From Chthoniobacteraceae bacterium (lineage in GTDB: Bacteria > Verrucomicrobiota > Verrucomicrobiia > Chthoniobacterales > Chthoniobacteraceae), in NCBI GenBank assembly GCA_037190965.1, contig JBBCKI010000055.1, positions 1 through 23,043 of the forward strand: DNA of 23,043 nt, read 5' to 3'. Under the pieces are notes generated by a model that searched no databases, was not told the origin of the DNA, and saw only the letters and a program-made list of their open reading frames with translations. Positions within the stretch are counted from its first letter, which is position 1. Every line of letters starts with the position of its first letter. A program made the position numbers and the translations under genes. Shown here piece by piece: positions 1-8,366 of the stretch.

Positions 1-1176
1 CACATTGATGGAGAACCCGGCGGCGGCCAGCACCCCGAAGGTCCCCAGAAGCACTACCGGTACGGCGATGGTCGGGATCAAGGTGGCCCGGAAATTCTGG
101 AGAAATAGGTACATCACCACGAACACCAGGACGATGGCCTCAAAAAGCGTATGGACAACGGCCTCGATGGAGACTCGGACGAAGGGAGTCGTGTCGTAGG
201 GAAAGACCACCTCCACGCCATGCGGGAAGTTGGGTTCAAGCCGCTTGATGGTTTCGCGAACCGCCTTGGTGGTATCGAGCGCGTTGGCTCCGGCGGCGAG
301 TTTGATGGCCGCGCCGGCGGCGGGCTTGCCGTTGAACTCCGTGAAAAAAGCATAGTTCTCCCCGCCGAGTTCGACTTTGGCCACATCCCTAAGGCGTACC
401 TGTCCGCCGTCGGGCTGCACCTTGATGAGAATCTCGCCGAATTGCTCGGGCGTTTGCAATCGCGACGGCCCGATGACGGTTGCGTTGATCTGCTGCCCCT
501 GCATCGAGGGGAGTCCCCCCAGTTCGCCGGAGGCTACCTGCACGTTCTGCGCCCGAATCGCTTCGGTAATATCGGCCGGCGTCAGGCTGAAGTTATTGAG
601 CTTCGCCGCGTCGAGCCAGACGCGCATGGCATATTGCGCCCCGAAAACCAGCGTGTCGCCGACGCCGGGAGTCCGGCTCAGCGGGTCTTGCAGGCTCGAA
701 GCGACGTAGTCGGTCAAGTCCGGGGTGCTCATCCGCCCGTCCGTGGAGACGACACTGACGATCATCAGGAAGTTTCTCGTCGCCTTGGCCACGCGAATGC
801 CCTGCTGCTGGACCTCTTGCGGGAGCAACGGAATGGCAAGCTGCACCTTATTCTGCACCTGCACCTGCGCCACGTCGGGGTTCGTCCCCTGCTTAAAGCT
901 CAGGGTGATCGTCATGTTCCCGTCCTTGGTGCTTTCCGACGAGAAGTAGAGCAGGTTGTCGATACCGCTCAACTGCTGCTCGATGACCTGAACCACCGTG
1001 CTTTGTACCGTGGCGGCCGATGCGCCGGGGTAGTTCACGGAGACGGAGATGGAGGGGGGCGCGATACTCGGGTACTGCGCGATCGGGAGCATCCGGATCG
1101 CCAAGGCCCCCGCCATCATGATGACAATGGAGATCACCCACGCAAAGATGGGCCTGTCGATGAAGAAATTGACCAT
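1..1176 (-). CDS. acrB: RND efflux transporter permease subunit (AcrB/MexB family), N-terminal ~392 aa; truncated by window edge
   Basis: Manual translation from ATG at 1176 gives [23 protein letters not shown]...; near the window start it reads [39 protein letters not shown], a typical AcrB TM segment. GGAG upstream. Missing from the ORF track because it has no stop in the window. Confidence 0.95.
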   Translation of the reverse strand, partial: MVNFFIDRPIFAWVISIVIMMAGALAIRMLPIAQYPSIAPPSISVSVNYPGASAATVQSTVVQVIEQQLSGIDNLLYFSSESTKDGNMTITLSFKQGTNPDVAQVQVQNKVQLAIPLLPQEVQQQGIRVAKATRNFLMIVSVVSTDGRMSTPDLTDYVASSLQDPLSRTPGVGDTLVFGAQYAMRVWLDAAKLNNFSLTPADITEAIRAQNVQVASGELGGLPSMQGQQINATVIGPSRLQTPEQFGEILIKVQPDGGQVRLRDVAKVELGGENYAFFTEFNGKPAAGAAIKLAAGANALDTTKAVRETIKRLEPNFPHGVEVVFPYDTTPFVRVSIEAVVHTLFEAIVLVFVVMYLFLQNFRATLIPTIAVPVVLLGTFGVLAAAGFSINV

Positions 1177-1191
1177 GATGAAGCTCCCGGT

Positions 1192-2364
1192 TTAGCGCGT
1201 TTTGACCGTGGCCGAGGCCGGGGAACCGCCTGGGGGCACGAACTCAACTGCCCGTGCCTGAGCGCCCGGCCTTATCTTCTGCACCCCTTCGACCACGAGC
1301 CGGTCTCCCGGCTGAAGCCCTTCGGTGACGAGCCACTTGTCGCCGACGATGCGGTCGGTCTTCAATACCCGGAGTTCCACCTTATCCTCCGCGTCGACCA
1401 CCATTGCGGTGGGTTCGCCCCGCGAATTGCGAGTCACCCCGCGTTGCGGCGCGAGGATGGCCCCCTCCTTGACCCCTTCCTTGAGAGTGGCCCGTACAAA
1501 CATCCCCGGCAGGAGGTCGCGGCGGGGATTCGGGAAGACGGCCCGCAACGTCACGGACCCGGTGCCGGGATCGACACTGACTTCCGAGAACTGAAGCTTG
1601 CCCGTCTCGGGGTATTCGGTGCCGTCCTCAAGGACCAGGGTGGTGGCGGCCTCCTGTTCATTCGTGTTCTTGAGCTGCCCGGCGGCAAATTCGCGCTTCA
1701 GGCGCAACAGTTGCAGGCTGGACTGGGTCACATCGACGTAAATCGGGTCAAGCTGATGCACCGTGGCTAGCGGGAGCGTCTGGTTGGAGGTGACCAGCGC
1801 CCCCTCCGTGATCGCAGAACGCCCGATCCGGCCCGAAATCGGAGCCAGCACTTCGGTGTAAGTCAGGTTGATACGCGCGGTTTCCAGGGAGGCCTTGGAG
1901 GCGGCCAGATCCGCCCGGGCCTGCTCATAGGCGGCGGTGGCATCATCGAGTTCCTGCTTGCTGATCGCATTGGATTTCGCCAGCCGTTGACGCCGTTCGG
2001 CGAGCAGTTTAGCGACTTTCATCGCCGCTTCCGAGCGGGCCACCGTTGCCTGCGCGCTGTCGAAGGCGGCTTGGTACGGCGCGGGATCGATTTGATAAAG
2101 CTGCTCGCCCGCCTTCACCTCGGTCCCTTCCGTAAAGAGACGCTTAAGAATGATGCCGCTCACCTGCGGGCGCACCTCCGCCACGCGGAGCGCGGCGGTG
2201 CGGCCCGGCAACTCCGTCGTGATCTCCACCCGTTCAGCCGCGAGCGTGACCACCCCGACCTCGGGCGGCGGGAGTGCGGCGGGCCCCGCCGGGGCGGCAT
2301 TCTTTTTGCAGCCGGAGAGAAGCGCAAGGGCACCGAGAAGCGGAAGCGAGTAGCGGAGTTTCAT
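1192..2364 (-). CDS. acrA: RND efflux periplasmic adaptor subunit (AcrA/MexA family), lipoprotein
   Basis: Lipobox ALLSGC; ELPGRT..RVAEVRPQVSGII, APISGRIG, QLDPIYVDVTQS, SVTLRAVFPNP motifs; 15 bp upstream of acrB. Confidence 0.95.
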   Translation of the reverse strand: MKLRYSLPLLGALALLSGCKKNAAPAGPAALPPPEVGVVTLAAERVEITTELPGRTAALRVAEVRPQVSGIILKRLFTEGTEVKAGEQLYQIDPAPYQAAFDSAQATVARSEAAMKVAKLLAERRQRLAKSNAISKQELDDATAAYEQARADLAASKASLETARINLTYTEVLAPISGRIGRSAITEGALVTSNQTLPLATVHQLDPIYVDVTQSSLQLLRLKREFAAGQLKNTNEQEAATTLVLEDGTEYPETGKLQFSEVSVDPGTGSVTLRAVFPNPRRDLLPGMFVRATLKEGVKEGAILAPQRGVTRNSRGEPTAMVVDAEDKVELRVLKTDRIVGDKWLVTEGLQPGDRLVVEGVQKIRPGAQARAVEFVPPGGSPASATVKTR

Positions 2365-2407
2365 AGGACGGGTGAGTGAGAGACAGGGAGCGAGTGACGA
2401 GTAATGA

Positions 2408-2431
2408 GTGACGAAAATGAATATTCGTCAC
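2408..2431. promoter_or_regulatory. Putative TetR operator upstream of acrA (GTGACGAA-N8-TTCGTCAC); extra half-site GTGACGAG at 2394-2401
   Basis: Perfect 8-bp inverted repeat with 8-bp AT-rich spacer, ~45 bp upstream of acrA; same motif recurs at 3111-3134. Confidence 0.8.
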
Positions 2432-2471
2432 CTTTTGCATAAAAAAAGGGAATGGCGCCGGGGCAATCGGT

Positions 2472-3080
2472 TCATCGGAGTGCCCTTCCTAAGAAATGCA
2501 TCTGATCGCGGATCCACTGATCCCCCTCGATCGGGATGTGCAGGGAATGGAGGTTGGGCTTGATGATCAGAGAAAGACATTGGATCACCATCTGGGCGGT
2601 CTCCTTCGCCGACTGCACGCTGAACTCGCCGGAATCGATGCCTTGCTGGATCAAGCCCGACATCGTGTTGAGCAGAAATTCGTCGTACCGCCGGATGCAC
2701 GCCCAGTTTTCATCGATGGCGGTCATCAGGAGTTTCACCATCCGGGGACGATCGCGGAAGAGGCTCTGTTGGTGAAAACGGTGGATGGTCAGGAGCGTTT
2801 CCTCCATCCGTTCCAGCGCGCCGCCGGGAGCATGGGTGACACGGCAGACCGACTCGATCAGAGTCCCGAGATTCCGCTCCGCGCTCGACTCCACGATTGC
2901 CTGCTTGGACGGGAAGAACTTGTAGATGTTGGCGGTCGACATCCCGAGTTCCCCCGCGATATCCGCGACCGTTGTTTTCTCGAAACCGTATTGCCGAATC
3001 AACTCATCCGCCTTCGCCATGATGGCAAGCCGCGTCTCTTCGCGCGTCGGGCGCCGGGGTCTGGTTGTGTCGATGGGCAA
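2472..3080 (-). CDS. TetR/AcrR family transcriptional regulator
   Basis: HTH: GFEKTTVADIAGELGMSTANIYKFFPSKQAI. Start moved from the track's GTG 3134, which lies inside the operator/promoter, to the in-frame TTG at 3080; exact start uncertain. Confidence 0.9.
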   Translation of the reverse strand: MPIDTTRPRRPTREETRLAIMAKADELIRQYGFEKTTVADIAGELGMSTANIYKFFPSKQAIVESSAERNLGTLIESVCRVTHAPGGALERMEETLLTIHRFHQQSLFRDRPRMVKLLMTAIDENWACIRRYDEFLLNTMSGLIQQGIDSGEFSVQSAKETAQMVIQCLSLIIKPNLHSLHIPIEGDQWIRDQMHFLGRALR

Positions 3081-3110
3081 GGGGCGTGGTTTGTTGAAGG
3101 TGGGATAAAA

Positions 3111-3147
3111 GTGACGAATATCGTAACTCGTCACTTTCTGGCGTCAA
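3111..3147 (-). promoter_or_regulatory. tetR promoter (TTGACG-N16-TACGAT) overlapped by second operator GTGACGAA-N8-CTCGTCAC (3111-3134)
   Basis: -35 at 3142-3147 and -10 at 3120-3125 on the minus strand; the palindrome matches the 2408-2431 site at 15/16 arm positions. Confidence 0.7.
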
Positions 3148-3168
3148 GACTGGAGTTGATCTTGGAAA

Positions 3169-3326
3169 CAAGGTAGTCCGCTCGCGCCGTCGAGCGTGGG
3201 TATCGATGGAGAGTCGCGTTGGGCACCATCCTCGCAGGACGGGCTGTTGGGATTGGGATGCGAGCCACGGGAGCTGCACCCCGCGCTCGACGGCGCGAGC
3301 GTGCTACCGGTGCTGCCGCACCATTT
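3169..3326 (+). repeat. GTAG-type REP doublet / REPIN-like element, family A copy 1
   Basis: 29-bp inverted arms 3172-3200 and 3280-3308 (26/29 match), each GGTAG plus hairpin CGCTCG-cgccgt-CGAGCG; ends in GCTACCGGTGCTGCCGCACCATTT. Homologous to 10284-10450 and 19921-20078. Confidence 0.9.
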
Positions 3327-3383
3327 TGGGGTTGAACGCAAAAGAAGTTTCACAGTCTGCTGCGATCTGATCTGCTAAAAGGC

Positions 3384-3785
3384 ATGCCGAAACGGATTAT
3401 TGTTATTGGGCTGCTTTTTTGCCTGGCAGGGGTGCTGGCCATCTGGGACGTCGTGAGTGATTTGAGCCGGTCGCGCATCAACCTGAATTTTGCCGTATTG
3501 CTCCTTCCGGTGGGGATCGGCCTCTTGAGGGGAAAAGCAAGTTCTCAATGGTGGGCGAGGTTCTGGATCATCCTCGGCTACATCGCTTGCGGATTGGGAG
3601 CCATTCTTTCGTTCATCATGCCGGGAGCCGCTCGCGCCGTCCTGTTTAATCAGGTAGTCGAGGGGCCGAGGGCTGTGCCGTATGTTGTGGGTGGATTGGC
3701 CTCGTTTGCTCTTTTGTTTTACGTTATTCATCAACTCCTCTATTCGAAAAAAGCCTCTGATTTTTTTGAGAGCCGCGACAAATAG
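3384..3785 (+). CDS. Hypothetical integral membrane protein (~4 TM)
   Basis: 133-aa ORF with four hydrophobic stretches; visibly more AT-rich than its neighbours. Confidence 0.75.
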   Translation: MPKRIIVIGLLFCLAGVLAIWDVVSDLSRSRINLNFAVLLLPVGIGLLRGKASSQWWARFWIILGYIACGLGAILSFIMPGAARAVLFNQVVEGPRAVPYVVGGLASFALLFYVIHQLLYSKKASDFFESRDK

Positions 3786-3802
3786 GACGCGTTCCCTTCG
3801 GA

Positions 3803-3831
3803 TTGACGCGAGCCCCGTTCCCGCGCATCAT
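3803..3831 (+). promoter_or_regulatory. Possible sigma70 promoter TTGACG-N17-CATCAT for the NUDIX operon (near-leaderless GTG 3841)
   Basis: Canonical -35, 17-bp spacer, imperfect -10, 9 nt before GTG; no SD visible. Confidence 0.4.
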
Positions 3832-3840
3832 GCCGCCGAC

Positions 3841-4350
3841 GTGACATCGACTGATTGCGATTGGACCCAATGGACGCCGAAAGAGCGCGCCGTTCTCTGC
3901 TTTGTCCTTCAGGAGAACAGACTCCTTCTTATCCTAAAAAAGCGCGGCCTCGGCGGCGGGAAGATCAACGCCCCCGGCGGGAAGATTGAGCCGGGAGAAA
4001 GCGCACGGGATGCGGCCATTCGGGAAACGCAGGAGGAAGTCGGGGTAACGCCGCTCGATCCGAGCGCCCGGGGCGAGCTTTCCTTCCAGTTCACCGACGG
4101 TTACAGCCTTCATTGCACCGTTTTCCTCGCGCATGGATGCGAGGGCGATCCGTTCGAAACGGATGAAGCCATCCCGATCTGGACTTCGCCCGACGCCATC
4201 CCCTACGAAAAAATGTGGGCCGACGACGCCGAATGGCTCCCTTTGCTGCTGGCCGGACAACCATTCCGCGGCTTCTTCGTTTTCGACGACGAAATCATGC
4301 TGAGCAAACAGTTGGATCTTCTTCCCGATACCGCCTGCCTATCCCGATGA
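3841..4350 (+). CDS. NUDIX hydrolase, 8-oxo-dGTP diphosphatase-like (MutT/MTH1-type)
   Basis: Nudix box GGKIEPGESARDAAIRETQEEVGV; KKRGLGGGKINAPGG and IPYEKMWADDAEWLP typical of the MTH1-like subfamily; in-frame GTG 3841. Confidence 0.9.
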   Translation: MTSTDCDWTQWTPKERAVLCFVLQENRLLLILKKRGLGGGKINAPGGKIEPGESARDAAIRETQEEVGVTPLDPSARGELSFQFTDGYSLHCTVFLAHGCEGDPFETDEAIPIWTSPDAIPYEKMWADDAEWLPLLLAGQPFRGFFVFDDEIMLSKQLDLLPDTACLSR

Positions 4351-5237
4351 CCTCTTCTTCCTCTTTTTCAAGCCGCCGTGTTCTGGTAGCCGGTTGCGGT
4401 TTCGTCGGCCTTGCCGCCGCCCGGCGTTTTCATCAACTCGGCTGGAAGGTGACCGGCCTCACGCATTCCGTCGATTCCGCCCGTCGGCTCTCCACGGAGC
4501 CTTTCCGCACGGTCGCCTGCGACATCAACGACCGTGAAGGCCTCGCCGCTCTGGGGCCTTTCGACGCGGTGGTCGATTGCGTCAGCTCGGGCCGGGGCGA
4601 TGCCGAGGTTTACCGCCGTGTCTATCTGGAAGGAGCGCAGAGTCTATTGGAGACGATCCGCCCCGCCCATTTCGTCTTCACCGGCAGCACCTCCGTCTAC
4701 GCGCAGACTGACGGCTCCGTCGTCACCGAGGAAAGCCCCGCCGAGCCGGACCGGGAGACCGGCAAGATCCTGCGAGCCACCGAGGAGATTGTCCTCGCCG
4801 CGGGCGGCCACGTCGCCCGGCTGGGCGGCATCTATGCCCCCGGGCGTTGGGCCGCGATGGAAAAATTCCTGGAAGGCCGCGCCGTGATCGAGGGCGACGG
4901 CAGCCGTTTCATCAACCAGATCCACCGCGACGATGCCGCCGAAGCCATTGTCTTCCTGCTCACCTGCGGCAGCGAAGGCGCGCCTGCCGGCATCTACAAC
5001 GTCACCGACGGCCACCCGCTCACCCAACTCGATCTCTACACCGCCCTTGCGCAGCATTTCGGGCGGGCCTTGCCTTCTCATGGCCCTGTCGATCTCAACC
5101 GCAAACGGGGATGGACGAACAAGCGAGTCAGCAACGCCAAGCTCTGCTCACTGGGCTGGACGCCCCGGTTTCGGACCTTTCTCCAGGCATTGATGGGGGA
5201 CAATGCCGAGTCGATAAGCGATGCGTGGCCCCGATGA
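4347..5237 (+). CDS. NAD-dependent epimerase/dehydratase (atypical SDR, YeeZ-like)
   Basis: Rossmann VLVAGCGFVG; FTGSTSVY, RLGGIYAPGR, NQIHRDD, NKRVSNAKL; ATGA overlap with the NUDIX stop. Confidence 0.88.
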   Translation: MTSSSSFSSRRVLVAGCGFVGLAAARRFHQLGWKVTGLTHSVDSARRLSTEPFRTVACDINDREGLAALGPFDAVVDCVSSGRGDAEVYRRVYLEGAQSLLETIRPAHFVFTGSTSVYAQTDGSVVTEESPAEPDRETGKILRATEEIVLAAGGHVARLGGIYAPGRWAAMEKFLEGRAVIEGDGSRFINQIHRDDAAEAIVFLLTCGSEGAPAGIYNVTDGHPLTQLDLYTALAQHFGRALPSHGPVDLNRKRGWTNKRVSNAKLCSLGWTPRFRTFLQALMGDNAESISDAWPR

Positions 5238-5632
5238 AAAATCCGGCGATTTCCGTTTTAATGGCGGTCCTTGTCTGTTCGGCTTCAAACGCCGCAGAGG
5301 AGCGGATTTCGTTGCGGCAGGTTGGCGCAACCGGTCTTGAAGGTTGGACGGAGGCAGTGGGCAAGCATTCCCGCGGCGAATGGATGAACTCCACTCTCGT
5401 TGTACGAGCCAAGAACGGAGAGACTAAGAAATTCCGCGCAGGGTATGCGTTCATCGAGGCATGGGGTTTCATGGAGAATGACCGCTTTGTGGTAGTCCGT
5501 TCTCGCAATGCCCACGGTCCGGCCCGGTGGGAGAAGTTCGATTTTCAATCGGGAAAGCTCGTTGAAGAATTCTTCCGTTCCAAGGACTCGAAGATTCCCG
5601 ATTGGGTGAAGCCCTTTCAGGGTTCGGACTGA
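5234..5632 (+). CDS. Hypothetical secreted protein (132 aa)
   Basis: ATGA overlap with the SDR stop; signal peptide MKNPAISVLMAVLVCSASNA; beta-rich body. The track's 4847 start is an upstream extension in a shadow frame. Confidence 0.75.
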   Translation: MKNPAISVLMAVLVCSASNAAEERISLRQVGATGLEGWTEAVGKHSRGEWMNSTLVVRAKNGETKKFRAGYAFIEAWGFMENDRFVVVRSRNAHGPARWEKFDFQSGKLVEEFFRSKDSKIPDWVKPFQGSD

Positions 5633-5779
5633 GGGGTGATCCGAGCGCCGCATGGATTGCGCGCGCCTTCCGATGGCCGTATCCTTTTGGGACATCTTCT
5701 CGCTTTCGTCGCGTCTCCGGTTTTGCCGAAAACTTCCGGTGGCGCTTTGGAATAACTTACGATAGCGTCTTCGCCCGCC

Positions 5780-6946
5780 ATGGCCATTCGCAGAAACCCA
5801 ATCATCTACCTCGACAGTAACGCGACCACTCAGGTCGATCCCGCCGTTGTCGAAGCGATGATGCCGTATCTGACCGAGCTCTACGGTAACCCGTCGAGCG
5901 CCTATAAGTTCGGCTCGCAGGTGGCCGAGGCGATCGAAAAAGCGCGTGGGCAGGTGGCTGCCCTCCTCGGGTGCGAACCGCGCGAGATCCTTTTCACCAG
6001 CTGTGGGACGGAGTCGAACAACGCCGCGATCTCCTCCGCGTTGCAGATGGACCCGGACCGGCAGCACATCGTCACCACCGCCGTGGAGCACAGCGCCATC
6101 ATCAAGCAGTGCGAGGCGCTGGCAAAGCGGGGGTACGAAGTCACCTGGCTCGGGGTGGACGAACGCGGGCAGATCGACCTCCGCGAACTGGAGCGCGCCA
6201 TCCGCCCGGACACCGCCATTGTCTCCACCATGTGGGCCAACAACGAAACCGGCGTCCTTTATCCCATTGAGGAGATCGCCGGGATCGTCCGCGCCAAGGG
6301 GGCGCTTTTCCATACCGACGCCGTGCAGGCGGTCGGGAAGATCCCCATCGCGCTCGATCAGGCCAAGATCAATTTCCTAAGCGTTTCCGGCCACAAGCTT
6401 CATTGCCCCAAAGGGGTCGGCGTGCTCTACATCAACCGGCGCACCCGCTTCAATCCGTTCCTGCTGGGAGGCAGCCAGGAAGACGGGCGGCGCGCCGGGA
6501 CGGAGAACGTCGCAAGCATCGTCGCGCTCGGCGAAGCGGCGGAGCGTGCCGGGGCTACGATGGAGTACGAAAACACCGCCGTTCGCGCTCTTCGCGATAC
6601 TTTCGAGAACACCGTTTTGGAGCAAATCCCCGACACGGCGGTCAACGGGGATCGCGAAGCCCGCCTCCCGAACACCTCGAACCTCTCCTTCGCCGGAGTG
6701 GACAGCGAGGCGGTGCTCATGCTGCTCGACAAGGAGGGGATCTGCTGTTCGGCCGGTTCGGCCTGCACGGCGGGTTCCATTCACCCTTCCCACGTGCTCC
6801 GCGCCATGGGCTTCTCCACGGAGCGGGCGCGCTCCAGCCTTCGCTTTTCGTTCTCGCGTTTCAATACCGAGGAAGAGACGCTCCGCGCGACCCGGATTCT
6901 CCCCGGGATCATCGAAAAGCTGCGCGGCGCGAGCGTCGCTCGATAG
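5780..6946 (+). CDS. nifS: Cysteine desulfurase, group I (NifS/IscS)
   Basis: YLDSNATT, YGNPSS, MWANNETG, HTDAVQ, PLP-Lys motif SGHKLHCPKG, catalytic SAGSACTAGS. Confidence 0.93.
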   Translation: MAIRRNPIIYLDSNATTQVDPAVVEAMMPYLTELYGNPSSAYKFGSQVAEAIEKARGQVAALLGCEPREILFTSCGTESNNAAISSALQMDPDRQHIVTTAVEHSAIIKQCEALAKRGYEVTWLGVDERGQIDLRELERAIRPDTAIVSTMWANNETGVLYPIEEIAGIVRAKGALFHTDAVQAVGKIPIALDQAKINFLSVSGHKLHCPKGVGVLYINRRTRFNPFLLGGSQEDGRRAGTENVASIVALGEAAERAGATMEYENTAVRALRDTFENTVLEQIPDTAVNGDREARLPNTSNLSFAGVDSEAVLMLLDKEGICCSAGSACTAGSIHPSHVLRAMGFSTERARSSLRFSFSRFNTEEETLRATRILPGIIEKLRGASVAR

Positions 6947-7087
6947 AGGCAGGCGATAAGAAAAGGCAGAAATAGAACCGCCCGGGAATTCAGATTGAAT
7001 TTCACAAACGGTTCGAGGAGAAATGCCTTGGTTGCATTACCAATGCAGCCACCCCCTGCCATTACCACTAGAGGATTTCTCGCCGCC

Positions 7088-7963
7088 ATGCAGATGCCTC
7101 ACCTATCCCACCCTTATCATGTTGCCCTCGACCTGGGGACGGCATGGACCCGCGCCGCCAATCCGGAGGGGCGGCGTTCCGCCGTCAGGACGGAGCGACG
7201 CGGGAGGCCGGGAGTGCTTGCGGGGGCAGTGGCCGACGCCTCCACCTGCACGGAAATTTTGCAGGATCTCTTCCGCACGCTCCGTCCGCCGTTTTCTCCT
7301 TTCTCGCGGCGGTTGAGCGTGATCGCTCCCGTCTCGCCCAGCGCGACGGATGAGGAAAAACAAGCCCTCACCGGAACTCTCTATCGGAGCGGCGCGTGCA
7401 GTGTGATCCTGATCCCTCAACCGCTGGCGGCGGCCATCGGCGCGGGGCTCGACCCCGGGAGCGATTATGCCCAGATGATCGTCGATGTCGGCGACGGCTT
7501 CACGGAATACTCGGTGATCCGCTCCGGCAAGGTGGAAGCGTCCGAGGCGGTCAAAGTCGGTTGCGGCACGATCCGCAACGCCATTGCCGCCCACTGCCGC
7601 CATCATTCCGCCCGCGAAAGCGCGGCGATCCTCCAATGGCTGGAGGCCCATTCTCTCTGCCAGGCGGGGGAGGGAATGGGGAGGGCAGTCCCTCCCGCCG
7701 GGCTCTCGCAGGAGTTGCGAGGCGCGCTCGAAGGGTCGCTTAGCTTTTTGGCGGAAGGCTCTCTCCAGCTCTTCCGCAAACTGCCTGACCGGGTGGCGTG
7801 CGAGGTGATCGAAAGCGGCATCACGCTGGTGGGGGGCGGCGCGCTGCTTCGCGAATTGCAGCTTCGCATGGCGGACCGCACCGGGCTGGCGGTTCGCGTT
7901 CCCCGCAATCCGCTGACCGCCGTGATCGAAGGGGCCGCCCAGGTGATCCCTTACGCATCGTAG
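7088..7963 (+). CDS. Divergent MreB/Mbl-like actin-fold protein (short paralog)
   Basis: Phosphate-1 LDLGTAWT, connect-1 IPQPLAAAIGAGL, phosphate-2 IVDVGDGFTE, adenosine GITLVGGGALL, connect-2 NPLTAVIEGA. Start uncertain (7044/7088/7094). Confidence 0.85.
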   Translation: MQMPHLSHPYHVALDLGTAWTRAANPEGRRSAVRTERRGRPGVLAGAVADASTCTEILQDLFRTLRPPFSPFSRRLSVIAPVSPSATDEEKQALTGTLYRSGACSVILIPQPLAAAIGAGLDPGSDYAQMIVDVGDGFTEYSVIRSGKVEASEAVKVGCGTIRNAIAAHCRHHSARESAAILQWLEAHSLCQAGEGMGRAVPPAGLSQELRGALEGSLSFLAEGSLQLFRKLPDRVACEVIESGITLVGGGALLRELQLRMADRTGLAVRVPRNPLTAVIEGAAQVIPYAS

Positions 7964-8035
7964 GGAGATACTTTAACCCAACATGGCCGGAGTTGCTTCG
8001 CCGCCCGATTTATGGGAAACGTCTGTACCCGCACC

Positions 8036-8362
8036 ATGGCTTCCATTTCCAATCCCGAGCCGAACATTCTCGCCCTCGAAGGCGAAATCGATTTGCACGA
8101 ATCCCCCGCCGTAAAGGAACGCTTGCGGAAAATGCTGGAGAGCAAGCCTTTACGTGTCTTTGTTGATCTCACCGCCGTCAAATACATCGACAGCTCCGGG
8201 CTGGCGGTGCTCATCGAGGCAATGCAACGGATCAACGGTTACGGGGGACGGCTCGCGCTCTACGGGATTCACGCGAACGTGCAGAACATTTTCCACATTT
8301 CGCGACTCGATCAGGTATTTCATATCTTCGCCGATAAGGAAACGGCGGAAAAAGAACTCTAG
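8036..8362 (+). CDS. STAS-domain anti-sigma-factor antagonist (SpoIIAA/RsbV-like)
   Basis: LEGEIDL, VDLTAVKYIDSSGLAVLI (phosphorylatable Ser), NIFHISRLDQVF; alternative ATG at 8012. Confidence 0.92.
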   Translation: MASISNPEPNILALEGEIDLHESPAVKERLRKMLESKPLRVFVDLTAVKYIDSSGLAVLIEAMQRINGYGGRLALYGIHANVQNIFHISRLDQVFHIFADKETAEKEL

Positions 8363-8366
8363 CAAG

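Noticed and set aside
151..1770. 539-aa + strand ORF (also 13152-14645 -, 17159-18844 +, 10573-11721 -, 20453-21634 -)
   Set aside because: Antisense shadows of well-supported genes in GC-rich DNA; no recognisable motifs.
2440..2470. Intrinsic terminator after tetR (T7 tract on -)
   Set aside because: No convincing stem next to the U-tract; the tract may be an UP element of the acrA promoter.
3309..3326. Repeat tail ending GCCGCACCA as a tRNA 3' end or attachment site
   Set aside because: No T-loop (GTTCRA) or cloverleaf upstream, and no integrase; it folds as a local hairpin instead.
3144..3353. Small ORFs sharing KWCGSTGS (also 10259-10576 and 19885-20331)
   Set aside because: The similarity is just translation of the family-A repeat; starts, lengths and downstream frames are not conserved.
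3330..3840. Integron cassette explanation for the AT-rich membrane gene
   Set aside because: No RYYYAAC...GTTRRRY attC structure or integrase found by eye.
5780..6946. nifS as evidence of nitrogen fixation or a Dnd phosphorothioate system
   Set aside because: No nifU/nifHDK or dndBCDE nearby; standalone group I desulfurases are common.
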